Under the pieces are notes generated by a model. The model was not told the DNA's origin. It saw only the letters and a list, made by a program, of their open reading frames with translations, and did no database searches. This document shows positions 1 to 10,811 of a stretch of DNA of 64,000 bases, in pieces. A program made the position numbers and the translations under genes. The stretch comes from Thelocarpon superellum (Eukaryota): contig JAPEUG010000057.1 of NCBI GenBank assembly GCA_026025795.1, forward strand, positions 1 through 64,000, written 5' to 3'. Numbering within the stretch: the stretch's first letter is position 1; every line of letters starts with the position of its first letter.

Positions 1-572
1 CCTCTCGACTCCCTCGAACCCGAAGCGTAGTGCTGAACTCGCACGGGCAAGGCTCCGATCGATGCCGCGCCTGGCTTAATGTTCGCCCATCGCTCTCGGC
101 AGGGACCCCGTTTGACCAGCCAACCCAACACCTCCCCCCCAGACTCCCACACTCCATCTCTCTCTGTCCATCGTGTCTCCCGCGATGAGACAGGTTCTGT
201 TGCACCTTTGACAAGGCCCGTTGACCTCTGTATCTTCCGCATCAATACCCAGACGTTTGACTCCTACTTGCGCCCATGCTGGAGCCATGTGTTGGAATCG
301 GATCCCAGGGTCCTCTAGCTTGCCCGCCATTCATGTTTGCGTTGCGGCTCGCCAGATGCGGGCCCGTCAACCGACATTCGTCATGCGATGGGTAGAGACG
401 TATGAGCTTGCCCGTGTTCGCTCCTAGGACCTTTCTCATCGATAAGTCTTCGAATAATCTCTTCTTCGTCGTCGTCGTTGCTACTTCTATCACTGCATCA
501 CACCAATCCGTAGATGCACCTCCGCCTCTCAAGAACCCCCCAGACCTCAACGGTCCCCAACCACCCGCCATC

Positions 573-1049
573 ATGAAGCTCTCTCCTCATTGCTACCTGC
601 TCGCAGGTCTGCTCACCTCGGCTCTCGCTCGCCCATATCCGGAGCCTATTCCCTCTCCCGCCGGCCCCATCGACGGCCTCATCGATTCGGCTGCGCCAGG
701 CGTGGTCCAGGCGGCCATGCCAGCCCTGATCAGTTCGGCTCCCGCTCTCTTCCAGGCCGTGGAGCCAGAACTGGTCAGCTCGGCTCCGGATCTCATCAAT
801 GCCGTCATGCCTGAGCTTATTGCTGCCGTCCCGGACCTCACCAAGGCCGCGATGCCGGCACTCATCGCTGCCGCCCCCGATCTCGTCAAGGCTGCCCTGC
901 CGGCGGTCATCAGTGCCCTGGGGCCCAACATTGGATCCCTCCTTGGTGGTCTGGGCGGTGGCTCTAGCTCCAGTAATAACACGACGGACAGTGCTGGTAC
1001 ATTTACCACTTCCACCTCGGCAACTTCGACTCCTACTCCTACCGGTTAG
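573..1049 (+). CDS. Small secreted protein with 15-aa amphipathic repeats and a Ser/Thr-rich tail (158 aa)
   Basis: ATG at 573 within ORF 402..1049. Signal-peptide-like MKLSPHCYLLAGLLTSALA, then RPYPEPIPSP, then about five repeats of the type PELIAAVPDLTKAAM. Confidence 0.75.
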   Translation: MKLSPHCYLLAGLLTSALARPYPEPIPSPAGPIDGLIDSAAPGVVQAAMPALISSAPALFQAVEPELVSSAPDLINAVMPELIAAVPDLTKAAMPALIAAAPDLVKAALPAVISALGPNIGSLLGGLGGGSSSSNNTTDSAGTFTTSTSATSTPTPTG

Positions 1050-1300
1050 TTACCGCCGCCCTCGTTCCTGAGCGAGATCATGTCGCGGCATCGATGCTGA
1101 CGTCTGGACAAGGCTAAATGCCCGCCATCACCTTCCGCGACGAATGCCCCTTCACGAATGACATACACAGTGGGCCGGACCCTGCACCCATCACCGACAC
1201 GATTCCATTCCATGAACCTGTTGCCTATACATTCTTCCTCTCTTATTTTTTGCCTTTTCTTATTCTTCCAAGCGATCATTCTTGAAATCATTGAATGTGT

Positions 1301-2489
1301 TCAAGTATGAAGAGGCCATGGTTCCAGCAAGGATAAGGTGTTCGTCATCTCAGGAGTATCATGTAGAGTGTTTTCAGTAGTAGGTCGACAAAAAGACAGA
1401 CAGCAAATAGCGCGAGCTGAGGAAAAAGGACGAACCATCTCTGTAGAGTAAGACGATTCAATCTCCCGGCACCCAAAGCCAGAGCTAAAATAGTCCAATT
1501 CTGACAGTTGGAGGGAGGGTTTGTGCACTGACGGAATAGGGGCGACGGTAGCATTGGTCGAATTGGCACCGTCAGGGGCGATGGTGGTGGTGGTGGTGGT
1601 GGTGGTGGTGGTGGTGGTCGAATTGGCACCATTGTCGGTGTCATCTGCAGGAGAAAGCGTGCAGTCAGCAATAGATATACCGAGCTCAGAAGGTGAGAGG
1701 AGCGTGTCACCTAGCGATCGCTTGCTAATGCCAGGCATGGTACTAGCGAGAAGCCCACTGCCTGAACAATATCCATTGCAAAAGTCAAATCCCGCGGCGA
1801 GGCCTGAGAGATCATTCACGATCATGCGGGAACTGGCCTCCTCCACAGCCGAGATGTTTCCTGCCATCATCGCCTCGATCAGTAAGGCTTCCATCGACGA
1901 GGGCCGGCAACAGCATACCATATGTCAAGGTGAGGGGGTACTCTGGTCCAACGGAGGCAGGAAACTTTTGCCTCATCATCTGCTCGAGTTCAGGCAGGTT
2001 GCTTTTTGCAGGCCGTCCAAGTTTAGGTAGACAGTCGACCTTCATCCCCGGCGCAAACGGGGGTGGTTCCACCCCAGTGGTATCTGCGGCCGGCCTTGCA
2101 CGATTTGCAACTGGGTGATCCATGACCGGCCGGGCTGGAGAATCACTTCAAGGGCTATGAGTGACTTGATTGTTCAGCGCAGCTGGTTTTAGTCCATCCA
2201 TCGCTCCTGACGGAATTGATGCAACCCACGCGTGACGAAGGCGAGAGAGGCTCGAGTGGTATCGGAATCTTCGGCATTCGTACCGGAAACGGTCATAATC
2301 ATAGAGTCCGGCAGCACTAGCTATCACGTTAGTCTGGGATCAAGAAGGGCACGCGACTTTGGTGCCCCTCGGCCTGAGCCTGAGCCAGCACCTGGTGGAA
2401 ATGACGTTGCCGGAGCGCTTACCTAGGATGCCGCGATCATCCAAGCCGTTGCTCGCGAGGTGGATGAGCAGCTCATTTGGTCGGTGCAT
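1301..2489 (-). CDS. Putative multi-exon hypothetical protein with a poly-Thr tract (may extend further upstream, or be a pseudogene)
   Basis: Phase-consistent exon chain 2489-2423, 2320-2284, 2133-1919, 1860-1711, 1644-1301 with GT..AG introns; one has a CTAAC branch site at 2328-2332. No recognisable domain. Confidence 0.35.
1582..1618. repeat. (GGT)n microsatellite, encoding poly-Thr on the minus strand
   Basis: About 12 tandem GGT units seen directly. Confidence 0.9.
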
Positions 2490-3967
2490 CTAGAATCCAC
2501 ACGTTCCGGCCAGAAATATCTCGATTTCTGGAAGGACGCAATCCTTCACGACTTCGATGGCAATCATTTGCACCGCCCTGGCTGTCTTGGTGTGCGCGAT
2601 ATGACCTGTCCCGCGGACATCGAGGCTGATGACGCAATCTGCTGCTGTAAGAATGGATACACTTTGACTCTGGCCGAGCCGATGAGCCTTGTTCCTGTGG
2701 ACGTGGGTTGACCTTCCACTGTTGATGCTCGAATAGGATCGGGGAGTCGATAGGTCACCCACTTGGGCATGTTCAAGTGGCCGCCACGGTAGGACGGATG
2801 AATGATGTTGGGCATCACTTCCAATGCTGCGTTGCACTACACGTATTGCATCTGCCGTCGTAGGCGCGCAGAGCGGTACAAGTTTCCTTGCCTTTCGAAG
2901 CCGTCTCTGACAATGCTCGGGTAGATGAAGCCATTGCAGCCGGCAAGATCTAAGGAAAGGAGAGTGGGGAGGGAACAGAGTGTTGGCCATCTGTCGGGCG
3001 GGCCATGGCCTGTCAAACTAACCAAGGTCTGGTGAAGAGCAACTTCCACATGATTTGGACACCCGCCGACGAGATAGCCGCATCTTCCAAGAAATGTGAT
3101 GAGATGGCCATGGTCAATGGCTGGATGACAATGAGAGGATGAGATAGAGCCGGCCATCAGCGCTTCCTGAGGAAATACCGCGCTCGAGTAAAGAGATCAT
3201 GTCCATGAACTCTTTGGGCCGAGGCAAATCTGATGTTTGTAGTGACTGCCGGCCAAGCGGAAGTCTGCTCTACAGCGGCATCCAAGGTATAGGTAGCGGG
3301 GGAATACTGCGTGGCAGTTATTGCTTTTCAACGAGGAATTTTCTACGGTGGGATTGGGTATTGCGTAGTGCGGAGTGATGGTAATGGGAGCGGAGTTCAG
3401 GCGGACCGTCTGTCAGTCTTTGCGAGTAGAATTTGGCGAAGTTCATGCAAGGCGAGATCATTCTCTTCCAGCACGGTAGCAAGAAGTTCCACGGCAATGG
3501 CGCGGGAGTACCCAATTCATGGTGGCCAGGATGTGCAGGTCCCCATGGTCAAAGCACTATCTTGCTGAGATGGAAGAATTGAGATCCATTCGGCCAGCTG
3601 CACTCGTACTCGTTCTCGTTCTCGTACCAGGATCGTACACAGCCCTGCGGGCGATGTGGAGGGGCGGAGCTACGCGAGCTGAAGCACCGGAGCTCCAACG
3701 CGAGAGACATTATGAACATAGTGGCAAGATGCGATTCGCCGAGGAGCCAACCGGCTTCAGCTCATCCGGAACATGTCGTCAGACACCTGACCCCATCCCC
3801 GACCCCACCTGCTCACGAGCCATCAGCTTCTATGCTCGTTCCTCGAACATCAAGTACCCGCCTAGACCGTGCTTCGCCATGAGAGCAATTGCCCGGTCGA
3901 GTCATTCTCCATCATCTCTCTTAATGCGCCGTCATAGGTTATCCCTTGCTTCTGTTGACTCGACAAG

Positions 3968-5337
3968 ATGGCTCCCTCATTGCGGTCCTCGGTGACCGTC
4001 GTCGCCCTGCTGTTCGTCCTTACCCTCGTCTTTCTTTCCAGCGTTCGTACTAGTCGGCCTGCTACTCACACCGCGTCTTGGCTGCTCCGCTCCACGGGGA
4101 AGCTAGCCTTTGTCCTGAGACTCGCTGAGGAGAGCTTCGACAATTCTGCCTGGGAGATTCCACAATACGTGCTCGACTATGCACCCTTGGTGTACCTCTC
4201 GGACGACGAAGACTATTGGCCCGGAGACATCTCGGAGCATTTCGAGCACGTCACCTCGTACCTAAATTATACTCCCATCACGCCGGACTCGCTCCCTCTA
4301 ACGATGGCGAATCTGAACCAGCTGAACCATTGGTCGGGGGGCAAATCGGTCTACCTACAAAGCAACGACGACGTGGAAAAGCTACCAGATTGGTTGACGG
4401 GGGTCGACAATATTCCATCCAGAGAGGGCATCGCATCTCCGAGGGCAGATCCACTCTCGCGAGCATACCCACCACCCCCAACACTCCCTCCTAGCAAGCA
4501 ACGGCCACGCTCCCACGACGACGCACATCCCAACAGCATAGGATACAGCAAAGCACCCGCAATTCTAGTCATGGTACCCAAAGACGACGGCATCGTCGAC
4601 GCATTCTGGTTCTTCTTCTACAGCTACAACCTCGGCAACATGGTGCTCGGAATTCGATTCGGCGATCACGTCGGCGACTGGGAACATACGCTGGTGCGCT
4701 TCCAGCATGGGAAACCTACCCATGTGTTTGTGAGCGAACACTTTTTCGGCCAAGCATACACCTACGATGCGATTGAGAAGATTGGAGACCGAGTACGTCT
4801 CCCCTAATCCTTCCAGATACCCATCCCTCCCTCCACCAGCTGACCCTGCAGCCCGTCGTCTACTCTGCCACAGGCACGCACGCCATGTACGCCACGCCAG
4901 GAGTGCACAGCTACATCTTACCACTCGGACTCTTACATGACAATACCGATCGCGGCCCAATATGGGATCCGCGACTGAACAGCCACCGCTACAGATACTC
5001 CCTGACGACATCGACGCTGTACCCGGAGAAATCATCCGGGGAGGGCGCCGCAGCCGCGACGGGCTGGTTCCACTTCACGGGCCGGTGGGGGGATAAGATG
5101 TACCCGCCCAACGACCCGCGCCAGTACCAGTTCGCAGGCAACTCTCATTACGTGAGTGGGCCGACGGGGCCGAAGTTCAAGAACCTGGCGCGGGTCAATG
5201 TCTGTCAGGATGACGCGAAGGAGTGCGAGATTCGTCAGAAACTGGGCGTTTTGTTTGAGGACGGGAGAGAGGAGAGGCCTCCGGTGGTTGTGCCGGAGGA
5301 CGTCGCGGCGCGGGAATTCGCATACGATGAGCTGTGA
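3968..5337 (+). CDS. Vps62/TDA6-family protein
   Basis: N-terminal hydrophobic anchor; motifs YVLDYAPLVYL, AFWFFFYSYNLG, FGDHVGDWEH and SATGTHAMYA; intron 4793-4851. Confidence 0.85.
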
Positions 5338-5389
5338 TTGATTCCTGTATGCCGATATATATACTTATGGGAACGATGCATCCAATGAC

Positions 5390-6741
5390 CTAGAATAAAA
5401 CACCCCCCGTGCCACCCGTAGGAGTTCCCGCTCCTGTGCCTCCTGCTCTTCCACCTCCTCTTCCCCTCGTCCTTCCACTCTCGAGTCCCCGTCCAGCAGC
5501 CGCCATCATCGCCGCCACGGATCTGCGCCCTCTGCCACTCCCAGGCGGTCTGCCCCTCCGTCGAGGCGGCGGCGCTGGCTGCTGCTGCATCATTCCCATT
5601 CCCGATCCCGCTCCCCAGTCCCTTCCACTCTCAACCTCTAGTTGCGCATCGGCGTCTGCTTGGAGCTGCGCGGCGCTTGGCTCGTCGGCCTCGTGCTCTC
5701 CGTGCCGCCGCCGCCGCTGCTGCGGAGAGGTAGTCTCTGAACCGAGCTCCTCGTCCATGGGCTCATCATCGCCGTCGCCGTTCTCGTTCTCGTTTTCGCT
5801 TTCGTATTCGTCCGCGTTGTGAGCCGCGCTTGCTCGTCCAGCCCCCTGTCCATCTCTCAAAGTCCCCCGTTGATCCAGCAATCGATTCTGTGTCCGCCAT
5901 CCCGTCCCTGTCATGACGCGTCTCGCATGGACGGTGACTTCGTCGGACTCGCCCCGCGCTCGCTTCGCGCGTATCAATTGCTCGAGGAAGCGCGCTTGCT
6001 GAATCCGGCCCTCGGATGCCCCCGTACCGACGGGGATAACGATGTCATCAGAATCGGTAGGTGGATTGGGAGGCTCATGTGTCGGAGAGGTTGCTACATC
6101 GGGTCGAGGTTTCAAGGTGGCCGGAGTGGCGAGTAAGCGTGTGGTGCTCGTTGCGAGCACGTCGAATTGGGGAGTGCGGAGAAGCGTCGGGTGGGTTGTC
6201 TCCGACGAGGACGGCGCGGTGAAGAAGAGATCCGTGCCGATGGTGGACGCCCATTGCGCGGTGTAGAATTGGTTCTGATATGAGATTAGGGGCTGTGTGG
6301 TGTGTAGGTCGAGCATCTGGATTCGATGTCGGTCCGGGTCCTCGTCGTCTTTCGCGGTCGCTTCTGCGATGGGCCGCTCTGTGGGAGCGTCTTCGATGTC
6401 GAGCGAATCTGCCTGATCGGCATCGGCCCCGGCCCGCCGATTCTTCGGAGGTGCTTTATGTTGTGCCTGCCGCGAGGCAGACGATGCGCCGACGTCGAGG
6501 GTGAGGTAGAATGTCTGTGCTCAGTTGGTCAGCCAGCCCTTTACCAAGCACATCGCCACGCAATGGCCATCCCACTCACCTCTGTCTCGTGCTCGTCATA
6601 CTCGTATTCCCAGTCGGAGTCATTCTCGGCATCTTGGTGAGAATGCTCAGGTCGTGGTGCATCGGGTCTTCTGGGTTCTCGTAGAGCCGGATCGAGGGGA
6701 AAGGTTAGGGCTGCGCCCGAGGGAGGGTGTGTCCGCCGCAT
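5390..6741 (-). CDS. TFIIIC triple-barrel (TFIIIC_sub6) domain protein with an AT-hook-like C-terminal motif
   Basis: Exon 1 ends DSDWEYEYDEHETE; intron 6579-6515; then TFYLTLD...IQMLDLHTTQPLISYQNQFYTAQWASTIGTDLFF; RRRGRPP near the C-terminus. Confidence 0.75.
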
Positions 6742-7928
6742 GACGCAGACCAATGGCGAGCAATCGATGAATGCAATCTGGGATCGATCATTTTGGGACT
6801 CTGGATGGTGAGGTATATCGAGGTCTAGCACGACTACGACTGTGTGGATCCCCTGCAGGTAAGGATGTAAAGATGTGGGGGTGTCAAGTCGGACATGGTT
6901 GGTAGAGTCAGGCCGATAGCGTTCGACCAATGCAGGAACCGGATGAACTTGGAGGACCCCACTTCGATCCCAGCTCCGCTAAGCTTCACCTCGTCCATGA
7001 CAGCTCGAATTGTGAACGCCATGTTCTGCGCACCACGCGATCTGGTATGTCTAGCGGGATGTACGGCGTGTGGTTCTTGTACCAAACATGCGGTTCCATT
7101 AGGGCACCCCGTAGCTTCTCGTGCCACCTCAGTGCAATCGGCTGTGCTTTGGTGACCACGAGCTTCTACGTCCGATCCAGGCCGGCAGACTGTCGGACAT
7201 GACCTTGTCCTGTTAGAGACTTATTTTTATCAAGCATGATTCATGCACATGGTAGCTACGGTCCCGAGGACCGCCAAGGAAACCGAAGTGTTCCAGAGAG
7301 AGGTCGAAGAACCCTCCTGACACGGGTTCCCAAGGTCTCCATCAGAACGATGAGAGGCTTTGTGTTCTGGAAACAGGCCACAGCAGAGTGCGGGTTCGGC
7401 TGCGAGGGGTTCAGCTACGAAAGAGCCGTCGGGTCATGATCGGGTGGGGGTTCGACTATGTTAGCTGGCGAGGGCACAGGGTGCGGATTCGTTGGATTCG
7501 CTTGCTGCGTGCTGTCGAGCACCCCGCCCACCTCGCCAAAAGTCCAGCACTCGCTGAATGAACGGTATGCAATCGCCCCACATCGCCCGAGAGACCCCGA
7601 AAGGCTGCGCGATCTTTTGGTAACAGAGGACCAAGGTTTTGAGACGCAGAAACTAGCATGGAGACTCCCCTCGGCTGTTTATGCCCGTGCACAACCCTGT
7701 TCCTATGCCTCTACCCAACTGATCGAAGAGCAGGTACTGAAGGCACAAGTGCATAAGCTTGCACGTCCTGTCACTGCCATGTTTCACGTGGTCATAAAAT
7801 CTCATCTATATGCCCGCTCGAGGATCTAGATACAGGAACGCTGAAGACATATTATCCTCGAGGTCCGCCCGCCATGGACCACGTTACCCGAGCCACTCGT
7901 TTCTGCGTTTGTGCAGCTGCATCTTACG

Positions 7929-10631
7929 ATGCAACTCCTTCTCCCGTCGGTCGTGTGGTTCATCGTCGCCTGTGCGGCGTCGGTCGTACCCAGCTCACGA
8001 TACGAGTTACTTCCAGCCTCGCCTCTTCTCAACCTCCGAGACGAGGCGGCAGCACGAGACGTCTTTCTCATCCTCGACCATACACTGAAAGACTTCGTGG
8101 ACCCGGACACTGGGGAACGACAACTCATCGCCCATGCCGAGCTACACATCACCGGCACCTCCGCGGATGGGCCCCTGCGGATTTCCGTCAGCCAAATTGA
8201 CAATACCTTCTTCGCCAAGGTCATGGATTGGACGACGGCAAACTCGAATCAGCCCCTGGGCGCCAACTCCAAAGCATATCAGACGAGAAAGATCGTGGAA
8301 CTGGGGAGGACGGGGGTGGGTAACGCAGCCATCTTCGATCCCAACACCGGCACCGGCCTGGTGCTGGACATCATCCGCACCCATTTCGAGGAAGGCTACG
8401 CGTCTGGCGTGAGGGGCTGCATCGCCTTTGCCAGATTCATGTCAACGTCCTTGGGCCTGACGATCCCCGAGGCAACTGAGACCTACCTGGAGGACGTGCA
8501 GAGCATACTCAGTCGATCGTTTTGGAGGTTCTCTCAAGAAACGCTGCCGGTGGCGCACCAACGACTCACGGGATGGAAGGATCCGTCGAATCCGCCGGAA
8601 AAAACCTGGTTTGCCCAGGCCGTAGACGACCAGGGGCAGATCACGTTAAAGCAGGCCGAGGGACCGTGGGACACCGATGGCACCCCGTTGTTGACCGACC
8701 AAGACTCCGCATGGGGCCAGTGGGTCGCGGAAGAGTTCAGCGATGAGAAATCGATCGGCTTCGATCCCGACCCAGTCTTGGAACCGTGGGGTGAAATTGC
8801 GCCCAACCAGCAAAGCCTCTCGTCCGAGTTGAGCAAGCTCCACCAGGCCAATCCAAGCCTTTCGGCGTCGGACGACGAATCCATGAGCGCCACCCCGGAG
8901 CAGGTGCCTTTGCAGGATATGCTCCCAGACCGAGGCGTGGCCATGGTTCGAACGGGAAATAGCCTGGTGAACGTGCCGCTCTACAGCACCGAGCTCGTTG
9001 TGGGCATCACCAAGGCCGTTGGCGTCGTTGCCGCCGTCGTCGGTCCTGCCTTTATCATTCTCGACCTGGTCCAGCACAATTGGGTCGGGGCGGCGTTTGG
9101 CATAGCCGGCTTAGTGGCGACCGTCGCGGCCACTCTGGCGCTCGCGGGTCCCCTTGGCTGGTTTGTGGCTGGCCTGGTCACGGCACTGTTCGCGCTCTTG
9201 CCAGGAATGGTCAACTACAAAGCTCCACCTCCCATTACGGATGAGGTCAAAATCATTCAATATTCCATGTTTGGTGACATGGACCACACGGGCAACGAGA
9301 AGTGTCAGAGCATGGGGAATGCCAACTGCACAGCAGTGTACGGTATCGGCGTCATCTCCAGCATCTTCAGGTGGAACGAATTCGACGCGGCTGCCTTCGT
9401 GATCCAGAACAATCAAGGATATCCCATGTCGATCCCGGACCTGGCCCGGGCCTTTGTGGCCGTCAAGAATTCCGATGGCACCACGGGCGCCGCGGCACAG
9501 AGCAGCAGCGTGATCAATTGCCCCTACCACCCGCCGCTACGCTACGAACAGGGCCGGCCGGGCTACGCACAGGAATGCAACAATCCACAATACATCTTCA
9601 AGCGGAACATGGTGACATTGCCCATCATCAACCAAACAGCGGATAAGATCTTCAGTCGCATGATTCCGAACCCGGGCGGCGACTGCAGAATCGTCAACGA
9701 TGCCGCCAACGCGCTGACTTATCCCAGCATCAACGTCACGGTACACGGGATGCCCGTGGCAATCGCGTGCAACATCACGGCTGGTCTCAGGTTAGGCGAC
9801 AGCTCAACGGACCCATTTTCCATCGGTTCCGCGAACGGAGCCAACTCCACATCCTCCTCCTCCTCCGCCAACTCCACCGTCGAAGGGGCCTCCCCCCTTG
9901 TCTCGCAGGGCAACGCATCCACCGACGGGCTCGCAGGACACCACATCCCCGCCACGCCACCATCCCCCTTTACTGGCCTCGGGCCCACGTCGGGACTGTG
10001 CATGCAGGACACACAAGGCGGAAGCACCTGTCTGGCCAACGGAACCTACTCGCTCGCGTCCGGCGTCTGGGGCTTCACATTCAAGCAGCTCCACACGCTC
10101 ACCCTGCCTACAGGAGGAATAATGAGCTTCACGCGCTCGGACCCTAACAACGGCAACAGACCAATCCAAGTCAACGTCGAGCACAACGTAACGCTCAGCA
10201 CTCCCCCCGTTCCTCCCCCTCCGCTCCCTCACGGCTTCGGACGCGCGCCCAATAAAGTGTCAGACCAAGGCAACCTGACCGCGCTCGCGGCTTCCAACGG
10301 GGCCTTTGACGTGCTCCTCCCGCCCCCTTTGGCCGCTCTGCCGTGGGTATGTCTGTTCTCGGACATCAATCTGCAGGGCGACGCGGCGTGTTTCGGTCCC
10401 GGTGGGGGTCCACTGCCAAGCGTCGTGCAGAACGCGTCACGCTCCATGTCGGTACGAGGGGGCGCGACGGCCTGGATCTACGCGCAGGCATACGGCGACG
10501 TCGGTGGCGTGGAGGTCGACGGGGATATCCAGGACCTCGGGCAGGAAGTCTATGGCGTCGATGGGAGCTTTGATCGCCGAATTGTCGCGCTATGGATTCA
10601 CGGAGCGGGGACGGGCCCGTCGACGAGTTGA
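7929..10631 (+). CDS. Large secreted hypothetical protein (900 aa) with central hydrophobic helices and a C-terminal beta/gamma-crystallin-like domain
   Basis: Uninterrupted ORF, first ATG at 7929, signal-like MQLLLPSVVWFIVACAA. Gly/Ala-rich hydrophobic stretch at about 8990-9210. C-terminal pattern VCLFSDINLQGDAACF...SRSMSVRGGATAWIY...DGDIQDL...SFDRRIVAL. Confidence 0.8.
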   Translation: MQLLLPSVVWFIVACAASVVPSSRYELLPASPLLNLRDEAAARDVFLILDHTLKDFVDPDTGERQLIAHAELHITGTSADGPLRISVSQIDNTFFAKVMDWTTANSNQPLGANSKAYQTRKIVELGRTGVGNAAIFDPNTGTGLVLDIIRTHFEEGYASGVRGCIAFARFMSTSLGLTIPEATETYLEDVQSILSRSFWRFSQETLPVAHQRLTGWKDPSNPPEKTWFAQAVDDQGQITLKQAEGPWDTDGTPLLTDQDSAWGQWVAEEFSDEKSIGFDPDPVLEPWGEIAPNQQSLSSELSKLHQANPSLSASDDESMSATPEQVPLQDMLPDRGVAMVRTGNSLVNVPLYSTELVVGITKAVGVVAAVVGPAFIILDLVQHNWVGAAFGIAGLVATVAATLALAGPLGWFVAGLVTALFALLPGMVNYKAPPPITDEVKIIQYSMFGDMDHTGNEKCQSMGNANCTAVYGIGVISSIFRWNEFDAAAFVIQNNQGYPMSIPDLARAFVAVKNSDGTTGAAAQSSSVINCPYHPPLRYEQGRPGYAQECNNPQYIFKRNMVTLPIINQTADKIFSRMIPNPGGDCRIVNDAANALTYPSINVTVHGMPVAIACNITAGLRLGDSSTDPFSIGSANGANSTSSSSSANSTVEGASPLVSQGNASTDGLAGHHIPATPPSPFTGLGPTSGLCMQDTQGGSTCLANGTYSLASGVWGFTFKQLHTLTLPTGGIMSFTRSDPNNGNRPIQVNVEHNVTLSTPPVPPPPLPHGFGRAPNKVSDQGNLTALAASNGAFDVLLPPPLAALPWVCLFSDINLQGDAACFGPGGGPLPSVVQNASRSMSVRGGATAWIYAQAYGDVGGVEVDGDIQDLGQEVYGVDGSFDRRIVALWIHGAGTGPSTS

Positions 10632-10811
10632 TCTATATTTTGTACATCGGCACGGCTGTACATACGTCGGTGAACACGGCATGGCATACCAAGCTAGATG
10701 CAAAGAGCGAAGAGCGAAGAGCAAAGCGGCAGACGCTTTAGGTGGACCGAAAGCCACTGTACCTGTACATGTTCGAATTTCCCACTTATTCCTCTAGACC
10801 ACGGATGACCT

